Source: an uncultured Candidatus Saccharibacteria bacterium
GTDB taxonomy: Bacteria > Patescibacteriota > Minisyncoccia > 2-02-FULL-40-12 > GWA2-44-9
NCBI GenBank assembly: GCA_964356795.1
Contig: CAYHIK010000001.1
Coordinates: 3,111 to 67,110, forward strand
Reading direction: 5' to 3'
Length of the DNA stretch: 64,000 bases
Numbering within the stretch: position 1 is the first letter of the stretch; each line of letters begins with the position of its first letter. Of the stretch, positions 10,254 to 19,318 are shown one piece after another. The notes under the pieces are model-generated. The model worked only from the letters and a program-made list of their open reading frames with translations. It did not search any database and was not told the DNA's origin. The translations under genes and the position numbers were made by a program.

Positions 10254-10324
10254 AGTCAACTCCTTGGAACGAACACACCTACGCGATGTATTATGCCACA
10301 AATAATGTAGATGTACAAGAATCG

Positions 10325-11692
10325 CTACAGCTCAAATGATTGGCCCATATGGGGCACGATTGCGTCGACGCCAAGCTCCTGATGGGCGCGGTCCGCGAGT
10401 GCTTGGGAAGCTTCTGCCTCACCTTGGACGACAAAGCACTTCTTGAGCGTATTCCCTTGGTTTGCCTGTCGAATGTACTCCATGAGACCGTTTTGATCGG
10501 CATGCGCGGAGTATGCCCCAATCGAGGCGACATGGGCGCGGACCGGGACCTGCTCTCCAAGAATGCTCACCACCTTCTCACCGTCTTTGATTCTGCGTCC
10601 AAGCGAACCTTTTACCTGGTATCCGATAAACAAAATTGTATTTCGATTATCAGGAAGGTATCGACGCTCGTGATGCACGATACGACCACCCTGGCTCATA
10701 CCTGCGCCCGCGATAATAATCTTTGGAGCGGGAATACTATTAATTCCCTTTGATTGTGCGACCGCGGGAGTAAACGTGAGCCATGGGAACTGGAAGATTC
10801 CCCTGTTGTCACTGAGGAGCTCGCGAGCTTCTTCATTGAAGTACCGAGAAAATTTTCCATACTCTTTGGTAATCTCAATCGCAAGCGGACTATCAACGAA
10901 TACGGGCATGCGCGGAAGCTGTCCGGCTTCGAAGAGTGTGTCGAGCTCGAGCATCAGCTCTTGGGTTCGCTCAATAGCAAACGATGGAATCATCAGCACT
11001 CCCCCTCGTTCGTATGTTTGTAGAATTGTGTCGAGAAGTATCTGCCGCCGCTCACCGCGCGCCTCATGGAGACGATTGCCGTAGGCAGATTCAACGAGCG
11101 CATAGTCAACACCGCGCACGTAATCGATGTCGTGCAGGAGTGTGGATGGCGGATTTCCAATATCTCCCGAGAATAAAATTCGCTGTGCACGACCCTGCTC
11201 TTCGACGATGAACTCCCATGCGGTTGAGCCAAGCACATGGCCCGTGTCGTGCCCAATCATGGTCACCGCATGGTTGAGTTTTATTTTTTGACGATACGGG
11301 ACACCACGGAAAAGACTCACCGCGCCATCAAGGTCGTTGCGATCATAGAGCGGAGGCACTCCATGTGAACGCGCCTCAGATACAATCTTATCCAGCGTAT
11401 CGGGAAGCGCGGCAGCAACGATACCAGCGGTGGGCTCTGATGTGTAGATAACCCCACGGAATCCCTCACGATACAATTTTGGAATGCGACCCGTGTGATC
11501 GACGTGACTGTGTGTAATACACACATAGTCGATGGTCGCCGGATCGTACCCGAACTCATCGTAGTTCATCTCATCGTTATACCGAGAACCCTGAATCATC
11601 CCGCAATCAACGATGATGCGAAGCCCACCCGCTTCGAGTAAATAATTTGCTCCTGTCACGTATGCTGCGCCGCCAAAAAATGTAAGCTTCAT
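10325..11692 (-). CDS. Metallo-beta-lactamase/beta-CASP ribonuclease
   Basis: THSHVDHTG, GHVLG, FSGDIG, VESAYG, PSFAIERTQE, GGRIVHH and SAHAD motifs. Confidence 0.92.
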   Translation of the reverse strand: MKLTFFGGAAYVTGANYLLEAGGLRIIVDCGMIQGSRYNDEMNYDEFGYDPATIDYVCITHSHVDHTGRIPKLYREGFRGVIYTSEPTAGIVAAALPDTLDKIVSEARSHGVPPLYDRNDLDGAVSLFRGVPYRQKIKLNHAVTMIGHDTGHVLGSTAWEFIVEEQGRAQRILFSGDIGNPPSTLLHDIDYVRGVDYALVESAYGNRLHEARGERRQILLDTILQTYERGGVLMIPSFAIERTQELMLELDTLFEAGQLPRMPVFVDSPLAIEITKEYGKFSRYFNEEARELLSDNRGIFQFPWLTFTPAVAQSKGINSIPAPKIIIAGAGMSQGGRIVHHERRYLPDNRNTILFIGYQVKGSLGRRIKDGEKVVSILGEQVPVRAHVASIGAYSAHADQNGLMEYIRQANQGNTLKKCFVVQGEAEASQALADRAHQELGVDAIVPHMGQSFEL

Positions 11693-11722
11693 CTCTTCTA
11701 GTATATACCATCCAGCGCAACA

Positions 11723-12556
11723 CTATATCCCCAGGGAGATTGCAAGCGCATACCCGAGAATTGCGGAAACGGCGATGGGAGGAAGGGCCGCCATGGGCGC
11801 AGTGCGCTCTTGGCGCGAGAATAGCCAGTGCATCACCGAGACGCCCACGAGCGAGAAGCCCGAAATCATCAATGCGGCGCCCACCGACTGACTCAATGCT
11901 GACACAGCAAGAATAAGCGGGAGGCCGATATCACCCGAACCAAGCACCATAACGTTCCGCTCCTGAATAGCGACAGAGCGCTTCTTAAAAAATGTGCGAA
12001 TACGTGCAGGAACGAGGAAACCAAATACTGCCCCACTCTGCATCATGCGCCCCGCCATCACTACCATGTGGCGAGAGCGATACACTGAGTAGATGTCATA
12101 TATTGAAAGAAGCGCGAGGAATGCGGACGCGATGAGCGGTGTAAGCGAGAGGCCAATGATTCCAGAGATACCGCCAATACCGAATATGATGGCGATGTTG
12201 TGAATAATTACCAAGGGAACCCGCCACGCGAGAAATGCGATAAGCACACCAGCGAGAAGGCTGTAGGGCATAGGAGTAATAGCTGCAAACACAAACTGCG
12301 CCCCCGCAATCAGCGCGACCATGAGAAAGAACGCGAGCGAGTAGCGTGCCACGCGCGCAAAGCGAACCATGACGTAGGTAAACACCGCAAATACCGCAAT
12401 GAAGATGAATGCACTCTGCATGCTCAGCTCGAGCGCGCCCAATCCTCCGCCAAGCCCCGGGGTTACGATATGCTTCCATGCCGCACACAGCGCAACAGCA
12501 ATCGTGCCAACGTAGAGCACGATCATAGACATAAACACGCGTATCGAATTACTCAT
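11723..12556 (-). CDS. Presenilin/SPP-like GxGD intramembrane aspartyl protease
   Basis: Polytopic; YD (IYDIYSVYRSRHM), LGSGD and a PAL-like MAALP motif in the expected order. Confidence 0.85.
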   Translation of the reverse strand: MSNSIRVFMSMIVLYVGTIAVALCAAWKHIVTPGLGGGLGALELSMQSAFIFIAVFAVFTYVMVRFARVARYSLAFFLMVALIAGAQFVFAAITPMPYSLLAGVLIAFLAWRVPLVIIHNIAIIFGIGGISGIIGLSLTPLIASAFLALLSIYDIYSVYRSRHMVVMAGRMMQSGAVFGFLVPARIRTFFKKRSVAIQERNVMVLGSGDIGLPLILAVSALSQSVGAALMISGFSLVGVSVMHWLFSRQERTAPMAALPPIAVSAILGYALAISLGI

Positions 12557-13008
12557 TCACGAACAATTATAACACCTGCCTCATTTGTATTCGAGGCGTT
12601 CGTATATGCGTAGGTCCCAACAATAGAAAACGTATACGCGTAGTAGCCATTAGGATACACCGTACCAACACTATCAAACTCGGGAGTCCGCTGACCCGGT
12701 TGAAGCTGGGCAGTAATGCGGATAGGAAGTGGGCTTTCGTTTTTCCAGCGTACGGTATCCCCTGCATGAATGCGCAAGTTCGTAGGACTAAACACTCCGA
12801 AACGATAGCTCACATTATAGATACGCGCGTCGCGCTCCGCAGTAGAGGTTGGTGTTGGTTCAGGATTGTATTCAGGAGGACTTCCGAGCATCACCACCGC
12901 ACCAGTCATCATGAGGAGCACGAGCAGAATGAGCGGCCACAAATGAGGCCGTCCAAATGATGGTTCAGGTTCGGTACGACGTACTGCAAGAATAGCCGAT
13001 GTATCCAT
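12553..13008 (-). CDS. Membrane-anchored cupredoxin-fold protein
   Basis: TM anchor, Pro/Thr linker, FSPTNLRIHAGDTVRWKN...YAYTFSIVGTYAY...GVIIV plastocyanin-like pattern. Confidence 0.7.
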   Translation of the reverse strand: MDTSAILAVRRTEPEPSFGRPHLWPLILLVLLMMTGAVVMLGSPPEYNPEPTPTSTAERDARIYNVSYRFGVFSPTNLRIHAGDTVRWKNESPLPIRITAQLQPGQRTPEFDSVGTVYPNGYYAYTFSIVGTYAYTNASNTNEAGVIIVRE

Positions 13009-13068
13009 GGCGAATAATCGTGATTGTATACTATTGATCGAATAAAAGCCACGAAGAAAAACCCGATC

Positions 13069-13707
13069 CTAATGGATCGGGAATGCGTTCGCGCGGGTGC
13101 GGATACTTCGAATCATCCTCTTCACAGCGCGGAGCGATGCAGTCTGTGGCATTAGTTGAAAGCATGCGCGGAACGCCCATGCCCGCTCCGGCTCATCGCG
13201 ATACAATCCTTGAATCATCGCACGGAGACTATCGCTATTGAACACCTCGTGAGAGTCATCGGCGTGACGACCAAACACCATGAATAGCGTCATATACCGG
13301 AGCAGACGCTGTGCATGCACGAGATCGGCGCTCCAAAAACAAGTCGCCCATGCCGCGCGCAGGTCTTCAACCGACTGCGCACTCGCCATGTATCGCCGTT
13401 CACATGGCTCAACGTGAAATCGAAATGGAAGGCACCACTCTCGCACGATGTGCGTATCCGTCGAATTGAATACGACGAGATGTACATCAGCGATAACTGC
13501 CCACACCTCACGAATCGTCATGTGGGGAAACAACACGTGGTATGCAGTATGAGCCCTCTCATTCCATGGGAACAAGTTGAACTCACGATCTGGACCATTC
13601 CGACTCCTAGGCTCCATGTGGTGCATCCTAGCATTCGGGTACTTCAGCTTGTACGGCTCTCGGGCTGTCGCATACGCTTGGTGCGGGTCGCCACTGGTAT
13701 GCCTCAC
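13069..13707 (-). CDS. Hypothetical protein with HNH-like nuclease motif
   Basis: SD AAGGAGG before GTG 13707; HHMEPRSRNG...NL......H..YH. Confidence 0.6.
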   Translation of the reverse strand: MRHTSGDPHQAYATAREPYKLKYPNARMHHMEPRSRNGPDREFNLFPWNERAHTAYHVLFPHMTIREVWAVIADVHLVVFNSTDTHIVREWCLPFRFHVEPCERRYMASAQSVEDLRAAWATCFWSADLVHAQRLLRYMTLFMVFGRHADDSHEVFNSDSLRAMIQGLYRDEPERAWAFRACFQLMPQTASLRAVKRMIRSIRTRANAFPIH

Positions 13708-13769
13708 GCGAGAAACCTCCTTGCATGAAACGAACTCAAGCACACGGTATCATGCATACGTATTGTGTC

Positions 13770-13802
13770 AAAAAAACAGCCCAATCTTGGAGATTGAGCT
13801 GT
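13770..13802 (-). terminator. Intrinsic terminator after the thyX-like gene
   Basis: ACAGCTCAATCT-CCA-AGATTGGGCTGT-TTTTTT on the - strand. Confidence 0.75.
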
Positions 13803-13815
13803 AACCGAACAAATA

Positions 13816-15543
13816 CTAGGCGAGTACCACGGGATTCACCCCACGCGCGAACACGTAGTGTGGGGTCATGTCGGCGCGAGAGATGCGCGCCCACCACGGA
13901 TAGAACGTTCGAAGCCAGTGCTCGAGCGACAAGAATCGCTGACGCACCTCATCGTTGACGCCCCACTTGGTTCGTTGCCATGCGCAGAATTCGGCCTGAC
14001 GAAGATCAGATGTCATTTGGTACATCACCAAGTTGCCCATCGCCAGCGGGTACTCCGAAATTTCCGCAGGCACATGCGCCTGCACGAACGATGCATAGCA
14101 CTCCGCATCTCGCGCACGAGCGCTCGTACACGCCCGCGTGAACGCCTCGCTCTGAAACTTAGGATACGTGTAGAATCCGAGCAACGGTGTTACCCGGCTC
14201 CGTGCATGGACACTCAAGCTTTGACGCTGAAGGTCGCGCCATCCACGAAACGACATCGCATTCTGCACCATCACCGATGCAACTCGGAACAACTCCGGAA
14301 GTTTATCGTATTCACCACGTGGAACATCCTGGAGCGACGAGATGAAACGCTCAAACTCCTGCTCAATCTTATTCGCGAAGTCGATACCCCCGTAGATACG
14401 ACCATCGCGTGCCAAGAGGAGTCGCTCCATCACGCGACGTTCGTCGAACAAATCGAACACGAGTTCTTCCGTCGTCTCGATATACCGTGGCATGCTCCGC
14501 TCCCACGGAGTCGGATCGCAGTGCCGAAGGAAGTATCCGTGTCCTGCGCGCACCGTTTCATCCTGAATCATCTGTGCGACTGCGACGCACTCGGGAGAGT
14601 TCTCCAGTCGCAAGTGCTTCAAGAGCTCGCCCATTGCCTCGCCTGAAACGGCAAGTCCGAGTTCGGTCAGCGTAGCGCACGGCAACAGATTGCCCAGCAC
14701 GTCGCACGACTCACCAATAACGCCGGCGTTCAAATCTTTCTGATCTGTGACGCGCGACGAAGCCCACTCGCGCACTTCGTTCGGAAACGGTCCATCAAAG
14801 TTCGCACCGATGAGTTCTCGGTACGCTTCAACCGAAGCCTCAATGGTAACCTTGGCTCGGCGTTCGTATGCTTCACCGAAAACGCCAAGCTCGTTCCAGA
14901 TGGGGTACTGGCTCTTTCCCGAGAAGTCGACGTATCGCGTCGAAAGCTCGATGAATGCCGTCCCCGGCCAGGTCCTCTCGATAATCTTTGCGACCAGAAT
15001 CGAAACCTGCTCAACGCACAGAATGAGCCGGGCGGGTCGGATAATCGAGTTGTGGCCATACCGATCCAGGTGCTCATTCTTGAAGTCCTGGATACGCTTC
15101 GATGTGGCGATGTGGCGCCAGTACTCGGGATCGCCTGCAGCACTCACGAAAGACTCGAAGAGCGAGTCGAACGCAGGCGAATGATTACAAACGGCGTCGA
15201 GACCAGAGATGCTGAGCGTTCGGAACATCTTCTGGAGATCACGCCAATCCAGGTGCTGCGCACCTCCTTCGCCCTCACGAATCCCCGCAAACATCAGGAC
15301 GGGAATGAGGTTGTCCACGATATGCCCGCGAAGACCCCGCGAATTCTTGAGTCGCGAGTACATCGCAAGCACCGTCGCAATGACTGACTCGGGAAGCCCC
15401 GACAAGAAGAAAATCTTCCGATCGATGTTCGAACAAATCGCGGCCAATGCTCGCTTTTCGCGATTCGTAAACGTATAACTCACCGGCGCATTCACAAACT
15501 CTCGCGCCGCCGCATCCATCTCCGCCCGCATACTCGCGTCCAT
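13816..15543 (-). CDS. thyX: Two-domain FAD-dependent thymidylate synthase-like protein (long ThyX type)
   Basis: LAMYSR, YGHNSI, ELSTRYVDF, NLLP.ATLT.LG...SG and WRDLQR motifs of long tandem-domain ThyX. Confidence 0.75.
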   Translation of the reverse strand: MDASMRAEMDAAAREFVNAPVSYTFTNREKRALAAICSNIDRKIFFLSGLPESVIATVLAMYSRLKNSRGLRGHIVDNLIPVLMFAGIREGEGGAQHLDWRDLQKMFRTLSISGLDAVCNHSPAFDSLFESFVSAAGDPEYWRHIATSKRIQDFKNEHLDRYGHNSIIRPARLILCVEQVSILVAKIIERTWPGTAFIELSTRYVDFSGKSQYPIWNELGVFGEAYERRAKVTIEASVEAYRELIGANFDGPFPNEVREWASSRVTDQKDLNAGVIGESCDVLGNLLPCATLTELGLAVSGEAMGELLKHLRLENSPECVAVAQMIQDETVRAGHGYFLRHCDPTPWERSMPRYIETTEELVFDLFDERRVMERLLLARDGRIYGGIDFANKIEQEFERFISSLQDVPRGEYDKLPELFRVASVMVQNAMSFRGWRDLQRQSLSVHARSRVTPLLGFYTYPKFQSEAFTRACTSARARDAECYASFVQAHVPAEISEYPLAMGNLVMYQMTSDLRQAEFCAWQRTKWGVNDEVRQRFLSLEHWLRTFYPWWARISRADMTPHYVFARGVNPVVLA

Positions 15544-15585
15544 GATTTCTACCCCTTGTTAACGTGCCCGCGCACCGTAACAAAT

Positions 15586-15613
15586 AAAAAAGCCCCGCAC
15601 AACGAGTGCGGGG
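15586..15613 (-). terminator. Intrinsic terminator
   Basis: CCCCGCAC/GTGCGGGG stem followed by a T-run on the - strand. Confidence 0.7.
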
Positions 15614-15636
15614 AATCTGCCTGCCGAGAAGCGCGA

Positions 15637-15981
15637 CTAGAACACGAACGAGGCGAGAATCGACAGAACCGCGACGAGGGCAAGTAGTCCCGCCGACACC
15701 GAAAGGTGACTCATCCCCTCGGGATCCTGCTCAATCGTTGCGTACACCAGAGATGCGTTCACTCCAAATACCAGAGCGCACAGACCAAAGAGAGGTCCGT
15801 ACCACGGATTCCCCGTGAACCCCGTCGTAACACATAGGACTCCGCCAGAAGACATCGCAAGCACACCAAGAAATCGCACCCGTGAAAATTCACCGAGAAC
15901 GGTGTCGAGAAAATACTGCCGCCGAAAATCCCATACACCGAGCGCCACGAGTACAAGCCCGACAATTCCTAGAACCAGCAC
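15637..15981 (-). CDS. Small 4-TM hypothetical membrane protein
   Basis: AGGAGG overlapping the murE stop, GTG at 15981, four hydrophobic segments, terminator downstream. Confidence 0.6.
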   Translation of the reverse strand: MLVLGIVGLVLVALGVWDFRRQYFLDTVLGEFSRVRFLGVLAMSSGGVLCVTTGFTGNPWYGPLFGLCALVFGVNASLVYATIEQDPEGMSHLSVSAGLLALVAVLSILASFVF

Positions 15982-15991
15982 GACGCACCTC

Positions 15992-17263
15992 CTACAGAAG
16001 ACTTCGGACGACATCCGCATCTGACCAAGGAATCTTGCGCCCTCCAGCCAGTGCGATGCTTGTCTCCGAGCCTTTGCCTGTGATAATTACTATATCTCCT
16101 TTTTTCGCATCAGTCAATGCCTGTGCGATTGCCTCACGACGGTCCATGATGCGTTTTGTTTTTGTGCGACCAGATTCAGAGATGCCCTCCGCCACATCGT
16201 CGAGAATGCGCTTGGGATTTTCATCATAGGGGTCTTCGTTCGTGAGAATAATATTGTCGCAATACTTCTCTGCAAGTGCTCCAAACTTCGGTCGCTTCCA
16301 TGTATCACGTCCGCCCCCTGCAGCACCCAGCACTGCGATAAGGTTCTTAGCATTCGGCCGAAGCGTTGCATACACCGCCTCGAGGGATTCGGGCGTATGA
16401 GCATAATCTACCACCACGCCAAATGGTTCTTTCTGAATCCACTGCAACCGCCCCGGAATTTCCGCGATACTCTCAATAATTGGCTGTGCCGTTGGCAGGT
16501 CTACTCCATACATTGAAGCAGTCGATAGCGCGGCAAGAATATTGAGTACATTAAAATGACCGCCCAAGCGCGCCTCAAAGCGCGTGCCATACACATTGAA
16601 CGCAACGCAGTCTTCATGCACATCGAGCTGACTCGCGCGCATCTCACCACCCTCGACGCCGAAGAATAATTTCTTTTGTGCGGGGAATGATGCAAAGTAA
16701 TGCACCTCGGGATCATCGGCGTTCATGATGTGCACGTGCTGAGTGGTGGTAAATAATTTCCCCTTTGATGCACGATACTGCTCGTACCCTCCATGCGCCT
16801 CAATATGCTCGGGATGGAGATTCGTCCATACGGCACAATCAAACGTGACACCGATGTGACGCCCCTGCGCCAAACCTTCTGACGGAACTTCCATCACTAC
16901 ATGCGTGCAACCCGCAGACACCGCTTCGCGTAAAAACTTTTGAATCTTCCAGCGCCCTGGCATCGTCATCTTGAGTGTATTAGGCCACTCACGCTCTCGA
17001 ATCTTGTATCCAAGCGAACCAATCGCAGCAACTTTGACGCCAGCACCCTCGAGGAGTTTTGTGGTCAGATACACAACCGTGCTCTTCCCCTTAGTACCGG
17101 TGACGCCAATAACCTTGAGTTTCTGCGAGGGGAAGCCATAGCGAAGCGCCCCCGTCCACGCAAGCACTGGATGATACACACGCGCGGCAACACCAAACAC
17201 ACGCTTTGGGATAAAGCGCTTGATAAACCGCAGTGATGCATCAAGAATTCCCTCTTTAAACAT
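15992..17263 (-). CDS. murE: UDP-MurNAc-tripeptide synthetase MurE
   Basis: GVTGTKGKST, MEVPSEGL, TNLHPEH, VDYAHTP, GGGRD..KR and GKGSE motifs. Confidence 0.92.
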   Translation of the reverse strand: MFKEGILDASLRFIKRFIPKRVFGVAARVYHPVLAWTGALRYGFPSQKLKVIGVTGTKGKSTVVYLTTKLLEGAGVKVAAIGSLGYKIREREWPNTLKMTMPGRWKIQKFLREAVSAGCTHVVMEVPSEGLAQGRHIGVTFDCAVWTNLHPEHIEAHGGYEQYRASKGKLFTTTQHVHIMNADDPEVHYFASFPAQKKLFFGVEGGEMRASQLDVHEDCVAFNVYGTRFEARLGGHFNVLNILAALSTASMYGVDLPTAQPIIESIAEIPGRLQWIQKEPFGVVVDYAHTPESLEAVYATLRPNAKNLIAVLGAAGGGRDTWKRPKFGALAEKYCDNIILTNEDPYDENPKRILDDVAEGISESGRTKTKRIMDRREAIAQALTDAKKGDIVIITGKGSETSIALAGGRKIPWSDADVVRSLL

Positions 17264-17276
17264 GAGCCCAAGGATA

Positions 17277-18197
17277 CTAGCGCGGAGCAATCTTGTACAG
17301 CCACGACCAGAATCGCTTGAATGTCATATCAAATGCACCGGGATACTCGATGGTGCGCGCGCCGAAGCCAAGCTTGAATCGCGTAACGCCGGGGTATTGG
17401 TCGGCATCGATTCCCCAGAAGTCATACCACGCGTATCCACGCTGTTTGTATTGCTGCATGAGCGTCCAGTGGAGAAGATGGGGCGCCATCAATGCACGAT
17501 GCTCGCGATCCATTGCACCGTGGAGATAGGTGACGGTCTTGCCGTGTTCAATCATAATTGCGGCGGCAATCGGTGCGCCACCGTAGCGCGCAACGTAGAG
17601 CACCGCACGAACCGCTGAATCAGAAGATGAAAAGTAGCGGAGTAACTTCTTGTAGTAGAGCATCCCGTGCGTACGGAAATCATCGTGCTCTGCGGTTTGC
17701 TGAAGGAGTTTCCAAAAAATATCGATGTCGGAAGATTGCTCGATCGTCACCCCTTTTCGTTCCGCGAGATTTATATTGTAACGATGCTTGTGGTGGAGCT
17801 TGTTGAGGAGTTCGTCATCGGAAAGCGTTAAGTCGGCGACGACCGTGCGTTTCGGCTGCATGTGTCGATACGAATGGCGTAATCGCATGCCGTTGCGAAT
17901 GAGAAGCTCGGGAACCATATCGTGCAGTGGCTCCATCTTGATAAACATACTCCCCTCGCGATGCGCGAGATCTTTGAGGTAGTGCGTAAAATGCGCTACC
18001 TCGTTGCGTAGGCCATCGCGCGCAAGCTCAAGATTCAATTCTGGTCCATAGGGAATATAGAGGAAGTTCTGCCCCATGCGAACATCGTGCCGTATAATAT
18101 TTGCCTTGAGGAATCCATCATCAAGACGCCACACGGGACGACCCAGATGCTTCTGAAATGCGAGCCACTCGATAGACTGTAGAAATGGACGATCCAT
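17277..18197 (-). CDS. FemABX-family lipid II aminoacyltransferase
   Basis: FLQSIEW, RYNINLAERKGV, YLHGA, YDFWGI and GVTRFKLGFG motifs. Confidence 0.9.
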   Translation of the reverse strand: MDRPFLQSIEWLAFQKHLGRPVWRLDDGFLKANIIRHDVRMGQNFLYIPYGPELNLELARDGLRNEVAHFTHYLKDLAHREGSMFIKMEPLHDMVPELLIRNGMRLRHSYRHMQPKRTVVADLTLSDDELLNKLHHKHRYNINLAERKGVTIEQSSDIDIFWKLLQQTAEHDDFRTHGMLYYKKLLRYFSSSDSAVRAVLYVARYGGAPIAAAIMIEHGKTVTYLHGAMDREHRALMAPHLLHWTLMQQYKQRGYAWYDFWGIDADQYPGVTRFKLGFGARTIEYPGAFDMTFKRFWSWLYKIAPR

Positions 18198-18217
18198 AGC
18201 GGTAGTATACCACGCGC

Positions 18218-19297
18218 CTAGCCAGTGCGCTCAGCAACGTTAAGCACCATCCCGAGCCCCGACAGCATGGCGACCATCGAAGTTCCTCCATAGCTAATGA
18301 ACGGCAGTGGAACCCCCGTCAGTGGGCCCAGGCCGGTCACAGCAGTAATATTCACCACCGCCTGAGTCATTACCCATATACACATCCCTGTACACAATAG
18401 CGCCCCAAAACCATCGTGCGCTCGCTGTGCAGTCATCATCAAGAGCGTTGCGAGAAATGCGAATAATGAAAGCGTGACAATACCACCCACAAGACCGAGC
18501 TCCTCCATGAGAATTGCAAAAATAGAATCTCCGATTGGCTCCGGCAAGAATCCTAGTTTTTGCGTACTCTGGCTCAGCCCCACACCCCACACCCCACCCG
18601 AACCAATCGCAATCAGCGATTGGTTTAATTGCCAGCCAGTTCCGCGAACATCCGCCTGCGGATTAAAGATTGTAGTAATACGAGCGAGGCGGAGCGGCGA
18701 CACAAATGCCGCAATGCCAATCATCGCCACTACCGCAATAACAACGGCGACGGAATGACGAATCGGGGTGCCCGCAAAAAAGTAAATACTTCCCGCGATA
18801 ATTGAAATAATGCCCAACGTTCCAAGGTCAGGCTGGAGCAGCAAGAGAAACGCCACAAAACCGGTCACAAGCGCGAAGGGTAAGAAGCCAAGTTGCCAGC
18901 TCTTGATTCGCTCGGAGCGCTCGCCAAGCCATGCCGCCAAATACACAATGAGCGCAAGCTTGAGAAACTCAGCAGGCTGGAATGTGAAGACGCCCAAGCT
19001 CAACCAACTCGTCGCGCCCTTCAGGTGCACACCAATACTCGGAACGAATACCAAAATCATTGCGACCAACGCAACGGCGAGAAACGGAAACGCGAGCACA
19101 CGAAGCTTGCGATAATCAAAACGCCAGAAAAAATAAAGCCCGAGGAGCCCGGGTAATATTCCGTATAACAACTGGTGGCGCCAATAATACGCAGAGGACC
19201 CGAATTGCTTCTCCGCTTGCACAGAGCTCGCGGACGACAACACAATAAGGCCAAAGACGAGCAAGATGAGAACTACCCCGAATATACGTCGAGCCAT
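18218..19297 (-). CDS. ftsW: SEDS peptidoglycan polymerase FtsW
   Basis: FQPAEFLK, LQPDLGT, SLIAIGSGG, FLPEPIGDSIFA..EELG and TGVPLPFISYGGTS motifs. Confidence 0.93.
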   Translation of the reverse strand: MARRIFGVVLILLVFGLIVLSSASSVQAEKQFGSSAYYWRHQLLYGILPGLLGLYFFWRFDYRKLRVLAFPFLAVALVAMILVFVPSIGVHLKGATSWLSLGVFTFQPAEFLKLALIVYLAAWLGERSERIKSWQLGFLPFALVTGFVAFLLLLQPDLGTLGIISIIAGSIYFFAGTPIRHSVAVVIAVVAMIGIAAFVSPLRLARITTIFNPQADVRGTGWQLNQSLIAIGSGGVWGVGLSQSTQKLGFLPEPIGDSIFAILMEELGLVGGIVTLSLFAFLATLLMMTAQRAHDGFGALLCTGMCIWVMTQAVVNITAVTGLGPLTGVPLPFISYGGTSMVAMLSGLGMVLNVAERTG

Positions 19298-19318
19298 ACC
19301 GATAGTGTATCACACTCG

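Noticed and set aside
13858-14646. 262-aa + strand ORF
   Set aside because: Antisense shadow of the thyX-like gene, with no motifs.
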